Source of the DNA: Lama guanicoe
Taxonomy: Eukaryota
Assembly (NCBI GenBank): GCA_013239625.1
Contig: MU053487.1
Coordinates: forward strand, 1,135,058-1,199,057
Length of the DNA: 64,000 bases
Direction of reading: 5' to 3'
Positions within the stretch are counted from its first letter, which is position 1; every line of letters begins with the position of its first letter. Shown here in pieces: positions 51,638 to 63,255 of the stretch. Position numbers and translations under genes: made by a program. Under the pieces are notes generated by a model. The model was not told the origin of the DNA. It saw only the letters and a list, made by a program, of their open reading frames with translations, and did no database searches.

Positions 51638-52064
51638 TGTGGACTGAAAATTCACAACCTAAAAGTTGAGACTTATGTTTTATTCGGCGGACATTTCTGA
51701 GGACTTTAAAGTCCAGGAGGTGGCCTCTCAGATCTCTCCGAGGGACGACTCCGAAGAGGCAGGGGAGAAGCCAGGATATATAGGAGTTTAGCAACAAAGA
51801 GCAGGAGGTCAGAGCATCAAAAGATGACTGTTAATTAAAGAAAACCAGACATCTCAAATAAAGGAATTTAGTGCTTTTCTGTGTATAGGGAGATGCAAGA
51901 GTCTGGGCTCATTGAAATCACTTCCTTGGTATGCATCTTAGCTTCCTAGGGCCAGTATCCTGTTCTTTCTCCTCCTGAGATAGCTCAGGAGACACCATGG
52001 GGGCGGTACTGGCCACAGCATCCTTTATTTGTTGATCTGGCAGGCAGCATTTTTTTCATCCACA
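51638..52064 (-). mobile_element. ERV1 solo LTR, MER41-like (cetartiodactyl type)
   Basis: Terminal inverted repeats TGTGGACTGAAAA / TTTTTCATCCACA; minus-strand AATAAA at 51679-51684; CACAACCTAAAAGTTGAG...CAAGAGTCTGGGCTCATTGAAATC motifs recalled from MER41-like LTRs. Confidence 0.75.
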
Positions 52065-52908
52065 ACATTATAAATACAGAGAAAGCAATACAGCTGAATT
52101 GGCAGTTCTAAGGCGCTCCCTTCCCATTGAGGAAACAAGTCCACAGCATTGTTCAACACCTCACATATTGTTTTCTCATTAACTTGTTTAACAGAGAGCT
52201 AAGCGCACCTTGCTAGGCACTGTCGTCATGAAGAAGCTGAGCCAAGCTGAGTTTAAGGCACTAACTGCAGCAGAAACAGTGAGGAAGGAGTCAGGGAATG
52301 CAGCATGATCTAGAGAGTGCTGTGATGAAGGTCAGTTCCAGGAACAGCCGATGCTCAGGGAGGGCATTGCTTCCTGGCTGAGAGCTTGCCCAAGCCTTTT
52401 GATTTCTAATTCAGCGCTCTTGTACTAAACTACAAACAGAAACACTGGAGGGGAGTGGGTGCTTGAGGAATTCCCCAGGGTTTGTGTTGAATCATAATCA
52501 CGTTAAGTACATCAGCCATCACATTATGCACTGCTAGAGTAAACGCACTATTAAAATTTACCGTGGTTATAAATAAAAAATAGTGTTGTTTTTACTTCCG
52601 TAAATTTAACTCTGCCTTCTGAAATAAATATAATTACATTTATTGGCACATTTACAATGGGTAACCTTGTGAAAATTATTCCTAAGTGTTAAGAGAGACA
52701 GCAGGGGAAATAAGCTAAGGGAGAGAATACACAGGGTATTATCATAACAATTGGAAAATGATTTTCTAGCAAAACATTATAAGAGCATGTTCTAAAAATC
52801 TTTCTTCACAGCATTTTGGTCATATTACCTGTACTGCTTACCTAAGTGTTATGTGTTATTTTCCTATCAATTTAAATCAGAGAAATATTATAGAAATGAA
52901 ACCACATT

Positions 52909-53557
52909 TGATGCAGGAAATCAGATGTGGGGTTTGATAAGGGCTGTGTCCCAGGCTTCGGTTGAGCCCCTGGGACGTGCCCCGCCAAGTGTGGGTCCTT
53001 AGCTTCGCCCAGGAAGGAATTCAAGAGTGAGCCACAGCTGAGTAAAGGTAGATTTATTCAGAGAGATACATTGAAAGGCAAGAGAAAGGCCATGAGGTGT
53101 CGGGGTTGGGTGCTCAGGTTAAAAGTAGGTACACACTCCATAGACATCTCTGAACCGGGTTAAAAGTAGGTACACACTCCATAGACATCTCTGAACCAAT
53201 AGAGAGAGGCGGCCTCGAGGCGCTGTGTTGCTAGTTTTTATGGGCTTGCTGGCTTCATATGCTAATAAGTGGAAGGACCAGTCTAAGTAGCCTGGGGAAG
53301 GATTTCCAGGAAGTTGGCCATTTCCCACTCTTTGACCTTTTGTAGCTAGCCTTGGGGCTGCCGTGGTGCCTGTGGGCATGTTATTCACCATGTTAATATA
53401 TTACAATGAGCGTATAATGAAGCTCAAGATCTACTAGAAGTTAAATCTCCCATCATCTTGAGCCTCAAGGCCTCCTGGGGGTTGAATCTTTCACCATTTT
53501 GATGTTAATTGCTGTAGCATTCCTTGAATGGCTGTGCCCTGCCCCCTTCCTGTCTCA
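52909..53557 (-). mobile_element. Young ERV1-class solo LTR (649 bp)
   Basis: TG...CA termini; perfect 4-bp TSD CATT (52905-52908, 53558-53561); minus-strand AATAAA at 53053-53058 and TATA-like CATAAAAA at 53235-53242; retains CpGs. Confidence 0.9.
53117..53197. repeat. Perfect 40-bp tandem duplication inside the LTR
   Basis: GGTTAAAAGTAGGTACACACTCCATAGACATCTCTGAACC at 53117-53156 and 53158-53197. Confidence 0.95.
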
Positions 53558-53974
53558 CATTCAGTAAAAAACAAGGAAAATCTTTATGCCATACTTTTTT
53601 TCTATTTTATAAATTATTCCATAAAACTTCTCATTTCTGCTCTATCTCTATTAGTCTTACTCGACCTTTCTCTTTCAAAATATATGTATGTGTATATATA
53701 TATATATATTCTGTGACATTTGAATTAATGCTTATAGCCATTTTAATTTTATTGTGAATTAGAAGGAAAAACGATTACATCCTTCATGAGTACTCTTTTG
53801 AAGAAGAGGAGAATGCCTTTTTTGTCACTGCATTTTTTTTCCCATTTACAAAAACTGTCTATGGAGAAGAAAGTACTTGCACACTGACTTTCAACTGTAT
53901 CTAGATAGGCTCTAAAAATCAATGGAAATAAAAGTGTAATTTATTTTCTTGCTAACTGGTATAAGTACATTGAA

Positions 53975-56570
53975 TGTGGACATTTCCCAGGGCGGCCATA
54001 AGAAAGTACCACAAACTGTGTGCCTTGAAACAACAGAAATATATTGTCTCACAATTCTGGAAGCTAGAAGTCCAGAATTGAAGGGTCAGTAGGGTTGATT
54101 CCCTCTGAGGGATCTCGGGAAGACTGCTCCGTGCCTTTCTCCTATCTTCTGATAATGTCTCCCGTCCTTGCCTTATGGATGTGTTGTTCAAATCTCTGTC
54201 TCCTTCCAATGGCATTCTCCCTGTGTCTGCATATGGCCATATTATTTAAGGACACCAGTTACATTGGATCTGGGTCCTCCAATGTGACCTCATTTTAACT
54301 TAATTAATTATATCTGCCATGATCCTACTTCCAAATAAGGTCATATTTCAAGATAACCGAGGGGCTAGAACTTCAACATTTCTTTATCTGCACCTCTGGC
54401 CCACAAAAACTCAAGTTCTTCCCACTGCAAAATAAACTCACTCCATTCCAACGTCCCCAAAATTCTTGACCCATTTTGTTGGTGGAGAATAGGTTCATGT
54501 CTCCTCACAGGAAGAATTCAGAGATAAGACACAGAGGTCAAAAAAGTGAGGTGGGGATTTATTAAGGTTTAGAATGGTCTCAAGGGGAGAACAGGCAGAC
54601 TCAGCTGAGCGGGTGCGCTGAGTGTCTTTGGCAAGTTGGATACATAGAGGTGTTTGGGGTCATATTCCCCGATTTCCATTCCAGCTCCACCTTCGTGAGG
54701 GAAGGAGGGATTTTTGTTTTTATTTAGTCTGAATCAGAAGTGTCAGTGTTTGTGCATGACAGGTGCTTCTAACCTGCAAGGCTAGTTTTATTGTAATGAA
54801 GGCATAATGCTCAAAAGGTTACGTTTGGACCCTGGGGATTCCTCTCTTTTCCCAGCTTTCTTTGTCTGCCTCCAGGACACTTTTTGCCCCCAAATGTGTG
54901 ATTTCTTATCAATCTAGAGGTTCTTACTTTTCTCTGTCTGCCCAAGGACGCCTGTTGTTCACACAATGTATGGTTTCCTGGGATTTGGCTCATGTCATCC
55001 TTTCTTTGTTCGGATCTAGCTATCTGCCTTCTCTAACAATTTCAGCATCAAGTCTGAGTCCCAAATCTCATCTAAACATAATCAACTCAATACAGCCCAA
55101 ATGTCATTTCCCAAATCATCTTAATCAGATGTGAGTGAGGCAAAATTCCTCTCTATTTCTGAAGCCATGAAACAGAAAACAAGATGTCTGCTTCCAAGAC
55201 ACAATGGTGGCATGCATAGTATAGACATTCCTGTTTCAAAAGGGAGACATTGGAAGGGAAAAATGCATCACTGGTCTAAAGCAAGTTTGCAACTCAGCAG
55301 GGCAAATCCCATTAGGTCCCCAGGCCTGAGAATAATTCTGTGTGATTTGATGCTCTGTCATCTGGCTCTGCTGGAGTGACCTTACTCCCTTTGGCCCTTG
55401 ATCACCCTACCCTTTGGAGACTAGCAGGTCCCCTCGGTCCAGGTGTCTGCATCTGTGACTCTGTCCTAAAAGTCATTCTTTCATTTCATCTCACTTTGTT
55501 CCTTCTCATTCTAGGCACGCAGGACTTCTACTAGTACAAAATCCTCAAAATCTTCTTGGTTTTCTTTGGATATTGAGGAGAATCTAACATCAGACAAGGG
55601 GTCCCTACAGATCCTTCTCAGAGAACCACATCTTTATCCCTAGTTACTGCTGAGGCGGGTGATTGGAGGTTGATTGGATCAGTGAGTCACATACCTCATC
55701 TCTTTAGCAAATGGTTGTCCAGCCACAGCATTAACCCTGTTTCTAGAGCATGCTGCTAAGATACTCTAGATCATTAAGCCCTGGTTCCTTTCTGTTTAGC
55801 AGCTCCTTCTTTGATTTATCTCTTTTCTTTTACATCTTATTATATGCAGCAAGGAGAAACCAGTCCACTTCTTCTAGTCTTTACTTAGAAATCTCTTCAG
55901 CTCAGTTTCTAAGTTCATCACTTACAAGTTTTGTTTTTCAAAAAATGGTAGAGCAAAATTCAGTCAAGTTCTCTGTCACCAGAAAGACAAGAAGGATTAT
56001 CTCTCTGCCAGCATCTGATAACATAGTCCAAGTTTCTGTCTGAGACCTCACCAGGACCACCTTTAATGCCCATATTTCTATCAACAATCTCTTTAAGGCA
56101 ATACAGGCTTTTTTCTGTCATGCCTCTCAAAGTGTGTCTAGTCTCTACCTATTGTGCTGAATTTCAAAGCTACGTCCACATTTTTAGGTATTTGTTAAGC
56201 ACGACTCCACTTCTTGGTACCAACGTCTGTATTAATTACTTAAGCCTGTCATAACAAATTACTATAAATTAGATGGCTTGAAATAACAGGAATTTATCAT
56301 CTCACTGTTCTGGATGCTGGAAGTCTGAAATTAAGGTGTTGGGCAAGGTTGATTCTTTCTGAGAGCTCTGAGGGGAAATTTGTTCCATTCCTTTTTCTCA
56401 GCTTCTGAAGATGGCTGGCCATCCTTGGTACTCCTTACCTTGCTGGAGAACCATTCCAGCCCAGTGCTGCACCAGCCAAATCTCTGACTGCATCTCCACA
56501 GCGTTCTTCTTGTGTTTCTGTGTCTTCCCTGGTCACAGTCCTATTGGATTAGGGACCTACCTGCTCCTTC
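53975..56570 (-). mobile_element. MaLR provirus MLT1B/C-like: LTR (53975 to about 54385), internal region, LTR (56228 to about 56570)
   Basis: Two homologous LTRs (AAAGTACCACAAACTG...CTCACAATTCTGGAAGCTAGAAGTCC versus AAATTACTATAAATTAG...CTCACTGTTCTGGATGCTGGAAGTCT) flank MLT-int motifs (TAGACATTCCTGTTTCAAAAGGGAGA; TCCACATTTTTAGGTATTTGTTA...TTGGTACCAA). Confidence 0.85.
54477..55038 (-). mobile_element. ERV1-class solo LTR (562 bp) nested in the MLT1 internal region
   Basis: TGTT...AACA termini; perfect 4-bp TSD ATTT (54473-54476, 55039-55042); minus-strand AATAAA at 54558-54563. Confidence 0.9.
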
Positions 56571-56754
56571 TAATTCACAGTAAAGTTGAAATGGCTATAA
56601 AGATTAATTCAGATGTCACAGATAACTAACAGAATTTCATTGAACTTCACCACTGGCAGAATTGAGAATGTCAAATTTTCATCTTTGTAATATAGTTACA
56701 TAGTCTAAGAGCTTAAAAATGTAAAAGGAAAATGACATCTTTAGTCACCTGCAT

Positions 56755-56890
56755 AAAAATTTCTGTTTCCTAACATTTACAAGCATAATAACAGGGTCTG
56801 TTTTAGGAGTATTTGAAATTAAAATGAGATTATGTATGTAAAATGCTTACCATCATCCACGGCGTAGGGTGAGGCACTCAATATGTAGTA
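56755..56890 (+). mobile_element. MIR 3' half
   Basis: AAATGAGATTATGTATGTAAAATGCTTA...GGCACTCAATATGTAG. Confidence 0.7.
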
Positions 56891-59149
56891 CATGAAATGA
56901 ATTGGTGGTAAAAAAAATTGTTTTGAAGAAGGTTGTTGGAATTATAAACATATTTTTGCCTAAGAAGCAATATCAAAAATGAAGATGGCTGTGTAGCTAG
57001 GCTAGACCCAAAAGACAGTTTAGACCCTTAAGTGACTTAAGGTATAAATTAAAGTCCTAACTAAACCATTGCTAATTGACTAATGTTTTTTAAGAGCTGC
57101 TATGTATTATAGTAGGTGACTAATTTCCAACATTAGACAGTGTTCAGAGTTCCAGAGGTTTCCTTGCCTAGCCCATGTGTCAGTTATTGTCAGAGTGTAG
57201 TCAGGACAGGGGCTCTGCAATCTGTTACTGGTTTGTGATAAGAAGAGAGCAATCACTGGGAACAAATGTTCAGAAATCTTTGCAGCAATTGGATGGAGTG
57301 ATTTTATGCCTGTTGACTCTAATAATTACAAAAAATTGGACTTGTTATTTGGTAAATTATTTATATTGTATTTTACAAAAGTTTTGGCCCATAATGGTTT
57401 GGAGGGTGGGTGTAAGAGTAACAGGTCCTCAACACAGACAGACCACAGATAGTTTGAGAAGCAAGGATGTTAAGTCACTGCTTCAGTCTCTTTCAGATCA
57501 CCCTGGTTTATTTTCTTTGTAGAAATTAACAGTATTTGAAATTAACATGTTTGCTGAAGTTTTATCTAGTCTCTCTCCTTCCACTAGAGGGTAATTTGGG
57601 GGAGAGGAGGTCTTCTCTCTGTCTGAGTGCCAACAGTCAGTACAGTGTCCAACACAGTGTCCAGCTAAATAAATGTCAGTTGACTGGACAAGGGGATTAA
57701 ATTTAATTGCTGTTGTTACCACAGTAACAGCTGTTTCCATACAAGAGGCACAGGTCATCAACGCTCTGTCCAGGTGTGGCTTCCAGCTGTCTTGAAGTGG
57801 AGAGGGGCTGGCGGCTTCCTTCTCCAAATCACAGAATCAAATTTGTGACTCCAGAAAATCTTTGGAATTTCATGAATAATCAGCTTCTTTGAATGACAAG
57901 GCTCTGCTTTCTGACCAGTTAGCATCATAATTATAAACCTTTTTTTAAACTAAAGATTTTGAATAGACTCTATGTTGTTAACTGTATTTGAATTAAACAC
58001 TATGTGCTTGTGGTAATAAACTGTATTTTTAAAATTGTTTCCACTTATTTTCAGACCATTTTCTAATCCAGACTTACCTCCCTTGCCCTATTAGTATAAA
58101 TTGCAGAGTCTTCACTGTCATGGTTAAAAGGGAGTAAGTTAATTTAGATCCCTGGATGACTAAAGCTGGAAGGATATTTTTAGTGATTTTAATGACTGAA
58201 TCTTGTGGTTTGCTGCAAAGACAGTATTAGAAGCTTCTATTGAAGTTAGGAAGGGATGATGAGGAGGTATGTGTTCCAAGGGTTTAGGGGGTGATGGGAG
58301 AGCAATGGGAAATAGGGGAAAAAACTGTTTTCCAATTACATAACAGCAAATACCGTAGCTGTCCTTACAGAAGGTCAGAAACACAGCAGCTGAAGCTGTC
58401 ACGTAATAGACAATTTGATGATAATAACTAAGAAAACACAAAAGGCAGCTAATCTCCCCCCTACTGATAAAGCCGTCTGAGGTAGATCAATTTAGTCATG
58501 GTTGTTGTGAGGAAATTGCTCTTGTTTGATGTTTCACAAGCAGATGATGTAGTTTCCTAGGAAACATCCTTTTCCACTTAAATCTAATTCTCCCACGTTG
58601 TGGGATCTGATGACTCACTCAGCCTGACTTTTCTCTCACTTCCCTCTCCCCATTAAAGGGGACCGACTGGCTGGAAATCTACTAAATGAAATGAATTTAT
58701 TAGCTCTTTTCACCTTGTTCTTTACTTAACTCTTGTGCTTCTTTCTCATAAACCTAACTGCTCCCCCAATATGAAGGACCAGAAGTAATGAAGGAGCAAA
58801 GCGTGTGATGTGAGCAAGTGTTGGACAGCGACTTCTGTCAATTTCTTGGTTATTAAACTGTATCTCAGCTTCTACCTTTAAATGGAAAACATTACATGCA
58901 TGGAAACGTTTTTTCCTTGTAACATGTAGAGGAATTTGATGTCGGTTTAATTTCAGATCCCCAGTCACGCTTTACTGTATGGTTATGTGAGTAAGAGAGA
59001 GGGAGAGGAGAGAGAGAAAGAGAAGGAAACATACAACTAAGAGAATTTATGCAGGCATTTTCATTCTTATTAGAACCAATTGATCGAAGCCTTGCCACAA
59101 AAAAAAGAAAATCTAGAGCTTGAAGACAGTCAAAATATAATTTTAATTT

Positions 59150-59300
59150 GTGAAGTGCAGATACATGATATATATTATATTATTTAATATAATATATTTA
59201 ATATACATATATTTATTTAACTTATTATTAAACAAATCTATATAATTTATTTAATTAATTATAAAATAGAAATATATTTAATTTATGTATATAAATTAAA
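59150..59300. repeat. AT-rich low-complexity tract
   Basis: Almost exclusively A/T over about 150 bp. Confidence 0.85.
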
Positions 59301-59584
59301 GTAGCATGCTCCCCACTCCTAAATAGTGAGCCACAGTTAATTGACCTCACACATTCTAAGCAGCGCTGTATCTTTGATAACTGGGGAGGTGGCACAGATG
59401 TGAGTGACAGAGAGAGGTCTGCTGAGATTCATCATGAATAAGGAATTCTCGGAGCAAAACGTCACTAACTGCTCCAGTGGCAGCAGAGAATACCCCCGGT
59501 GAAAGGGCCCAGACTTTGTGCTGTGGGTACGCCCCTGCTGGCCTATGCTGAGTTAGCCACATTGTCTTCTTCCCTTCTTGCTAC

Positions 59585-59790
59585 ACTCACTGAGGCTTTA
59601 CTGTGTGCCAGGAATTGTGCTCATTGCTTTCCTTACGCTCTCACATGTGAGATGAGGTATGATATTTTTACCTCCATTTTACAGATGAGAAAAATCAAGG
59701 TCTAGAGCTGGTAAACGCTTTGCCCAAAGTCACAGAGCTTAGGGCGGTTTAGGACTCATTCTCAGCTCTGTTGTCTATGATCTTTATCAC
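59585..59790 (-). mobile_element. MIR SINE
   Basis: CTTACTGTGTGCCAGG...CCATTTTACAGATGAGAAAATCAAGGTCTAGAG...TTGCCCAAAGTCACAGAGCT. Confidence 0.85.
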
Positions 59791-60051
59791 AATTTTATAT
59801 TCTTTCTTTCATGGGTGTATGCATTAGTTTTCTTAAAGGTGAGAGATTGTAGAGGCTATGACAATGCCTGTAGCTGAGCCACCAAGCCGCTACTTTCACA
59901 AAAGCAATTGTAAACCTGTCCCAAGCTGAGATGGGTCTGACCACTACGCCGCAAACAAAAGCAGGATCAATATGGTTGTCAACCCAACTTTAGCAGTATG
60001 GTTCCCTGGGGAAGACTTACTAACATAGCACCAGATAGTCCTGAGAATGAT

Positions 60052-60087
60052 CTTTCACTCTGAGGATACCTTTCACTCTGAGGATAC
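60052..60087. repeat. Perfect 18-bp tandem duplication
   Basis: CTTTCACTCTGAGGATAC twice (60052-60069, 60070-60087). Confidence 0.95.
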
Positions 60088-60449
60088 GAGAACCAGAGAT
60101 GATACGTTCTCAACTAACTCCTGTGCTGAATATTCCTACCACAGCATTCGTTGTATCCATGTGGATGGAAGGAGCTAGGGTAGAGAACATTTCATGGGTG
60201 GCTCAAAATAAAGCCATCTTTGGTTAAAACCGTAACAATAATCTGCTCCCTTATAGATGCTTCCCACTTCAGGCTTCTTAGAAAACACTGACCAATAGAC
60301 TTCATTTATAAACTCTTGAAAACCAGTGGTCTAACTCGAAAACAACTCATGAGTTAGCTCTTAGTCCATTATGAACCACCATGAAACTTCAGTGATGTTC
60401 AGCAATAAATATGACTGTGGAGAAAAACTGATTTAGACTTGAATGTTCT

Positions 60450-60790
60450 TGTATAGACATATGTCTGCAGCAGTCTAGACATCTAGGCTGTACTTGGTTA
60501 GGGAGCCTCTGTCTCCTCACGTGTGTGTCTCGTCCTTCTCCTGGGTCCAGCGGGCTAGCTCAGGCACGTTCTTTTCATCATGGTGACACAGGCTCTGGAG
60601 CACAAGTTTAAACACATAAGACCTGGCGGAGGGCAGAGTCAGAACTGACACACCACCACTTCCACCAAGTTCTATTGGCCAAGCAGCGCTGTATAGTAGA
60701 ACCCAAAAAATGTCTGCTTTGCTTTCCACAGAGCACTAGGTGTGGGTACAGAGAAAATGAAGAATTGAGGTCAATCATATGATCTACCAG
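60450..60790 (-). mobile_element. MLT1I-like MaLR LTR
   Basis: GGGTCCAGCGGGCTAGCTCAGGCACGTTCTT...TCAGAACTGACACACCACCACTTCC...CTATTGGCCAAGC...GAAGAATTGAGGTCAAT...ATCTACCA. Confidence 0.7.
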
Positions 60791-63174
60791 GGAAAATGTG
60801 CCACATTTTAAATTCTACATCTGACTAATGGTGTGAAATTGGGCAGTTTATTTATAATCTGAGTCTTAATTTCTTTTGTTGTTGTTGTTGTTGTTAAGCT
60901 GCATGATTCCTAGCACATGGAGTCCTTGTGAGAATTGAATGTGGGAAAGCCTATGAGATTCCCCAGTATGAAAATGGAAAAGTAGCTGGTTCAGGCTCCA
61001 GAAAGTTCCATCTTTCCTCCTACTCTGGCCAGTGCCCTCGCTCACTCACTTCCTTTCAGTGTTCCCACTTCAAAAGTGTTCCCTTGTGATGTTCAAGGAG
61101 ATTTCCTCCTGAGGTTGAGAGACTGAATTGCAGGATTTTCTAGTCTTTGTTTGGCCTCATTTTGGCCCTTGTATGCTACCATATGACAATTAAGACTATA
61201 CAAATGATTATTTTCCAGGAGGCACAGATGTTGTTTGTTTCATTTGAGAACCCAAGTCCTTATTGGCCCTACTTTTAAGGTCCATTTCCTGGGAAACATT
61301 GCATCCACAGAACAGTAAAGAGCAGCAGATGACATTATTAATATCTAAAGACTCATTAAATTCTACTGAGTGTTAAAATGTCCCAAACTCTCTAGAGAGT
61401 TCTGAATATAAATGTTCATTTAACCTTCCTTTAAATTGCAATATTTGAGTAGGAGAAGGAATCAGATTTTGGTCAGCAAATGTTACATAACAGCTGCTTT
61501 CAGAGGGCTCTTGTCTGTTCCCATTTCTTTTGGATGTTTGAATTTGTAACTGTAAGAAGTCTTTTCTGGGATATAAGATTGCCTTTACCTTCAGGCTCAA
61601 CAGCTTCTCTCACTGCTTTTTGGGGACAGTCATTGGCTAGATCTCTGTGTCTTAAATTCCAGTGAAAATATCACATACCCTTCCGGAATCCATCAATGAC
61701 AGCTTCTGTTGTGGGAGATGTGAAAAAGATTAAATAAGAAAGAATAAGCAGCATAGTACATCTTCTAGGAGACTAGCCAGGGTATCTTGCGACCTGGCTG
61801 AATCTGGAGGAGTTGTTTTTCTAAAGTTTAGGTATGTGAGTAGGCTCAGATAGACTTCCCGGTGTGAGGATGACTCTGGATGTGATGGAGGTAGGCCAGG
61901 AGCAGACAGTTACACCGACAATTATGTCACCGAGGCAACCATCTAGGACCGTAGGGAAGTGGAGTAGGAGGGACCCTTGGCCTCAACCATTGGGTAGATA
62001 GAGCATTATAATGGGAGCCAGGAGCAGGGTATTTGCAGGTTCACAGAGTGGTGCAGATAAAGAATGGGCTTATACTGTGGAACAAGATTGGGACCTGGCT
62101 CCAAAACCAGACCAAACTACTCTCTTACTTTGATGCTGGATTGAACTGTTCTGACCCTCAACCCTATTACACACTTGTTGGGTAGAAACAGCTCTGCATA
62201 CACGTGACTTTTCTTCCATACATCTCCATCTCTGGTAGGAAATATTTGGCACCGTTCAACTCTAGCTGAGAGCAAACAAAAGTGAGCTGTGGACCTATTC
62301 CCAACCTGAGAACTTCAAAAATCTGAAAGGACTCAGAATAAAACAGAAAGCTGGAATTTCAAAGAGAACTTAACTAAGTGGCAAGTGATGCTGAAGCTCC
62401 CATGGATTAGTAAAGGTGGAAAATCATTTACCACTCAGGAGCCTGAAGGGGCAAGGAGAGGAAAGGAAGGCTGGTGAGAGCTGAAGCTGCGAACTTGAGA
62501 CCACCTGACATGATGTTCTAGAGGTCCCTATTACAGCTGAGCCCCTGAGGTCTGGAGAGAATGGGGTAAGCGCCCTGACCTCTCTCTGTCCCAGATTCCT
62601 GTTGTGACCACCCACTGGGGAGCCTAGTCAGAGCCCAAAGGGAAGGGAACCTTGATGAGGTAAGGGGTCAGAACTTGAGGGACCAGGGCAGAGAAGGTAG
62701 AGTTTGGATTTGAAGGAGGACAAGAAGAAGATGACATAAAAATTCTTGACATGATTAAATCCATTTAGTCTATCAGTTCTGACTTACCTTTCAAATAAAT
62801 TACCCTCATTGCCTTTAACCATCTTCTACTTATCAAAGCTGAGGCCTTAGAGATGAAATAGTTCATAAATACATTCATCTCATTTTAATAATTTCTTAGT
62901 GTAGGATCTTAGAGATTTGTTTGCATTGCTAAAAAAAAAAAAAAAAGAGCAAACACTAAAAAATAAATCTGTGTGTGCTGACGTGTAGTATGATCTCCAT
63001 TTCCCTGAGAAGGAAGCTCAAAGAGCCTGCAGGAGCTGAGGCCGGTCCATATCCCTAGAGTAACATCACAGTGATGTCTGATGCTAAGGTCAGAGAACTC
63101 CCCAGTTGTCAGCACGCTGCCTCCATGCTGCTGTGAAACTCTGAATGCCATGAAACTAATGCAGTGGGACCAAT

Positions 63175-63255
63175 TCCATTCCACATTCATTGACCACCTA
63201 ATATATTCCAGGCACTGTGCTAGGTGCATAAAAGAGTGGTAAGTAAGACATCATG
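63175..63255 (-). mobile_element. L2 3' tail
   Basis: CATTCATTGACCACCTAATATATTCCAGGCACTGTGCTAGGTGC. Confidence 0.65.

Noticed and set aside
53117..53197. CRISPR-like direct repeats
   Set aside because: Only two units separated by 1 nt, no spacers, inside a mammalian LTR.
59150..59300. AT-rich tract as a replication origin or matrix attachment region
   Set aside because: Low complexity alone supports no function.
61482..61491. Perfect D-box GTTACATAAC
   Set aside because: Isolated motif without supporting context.
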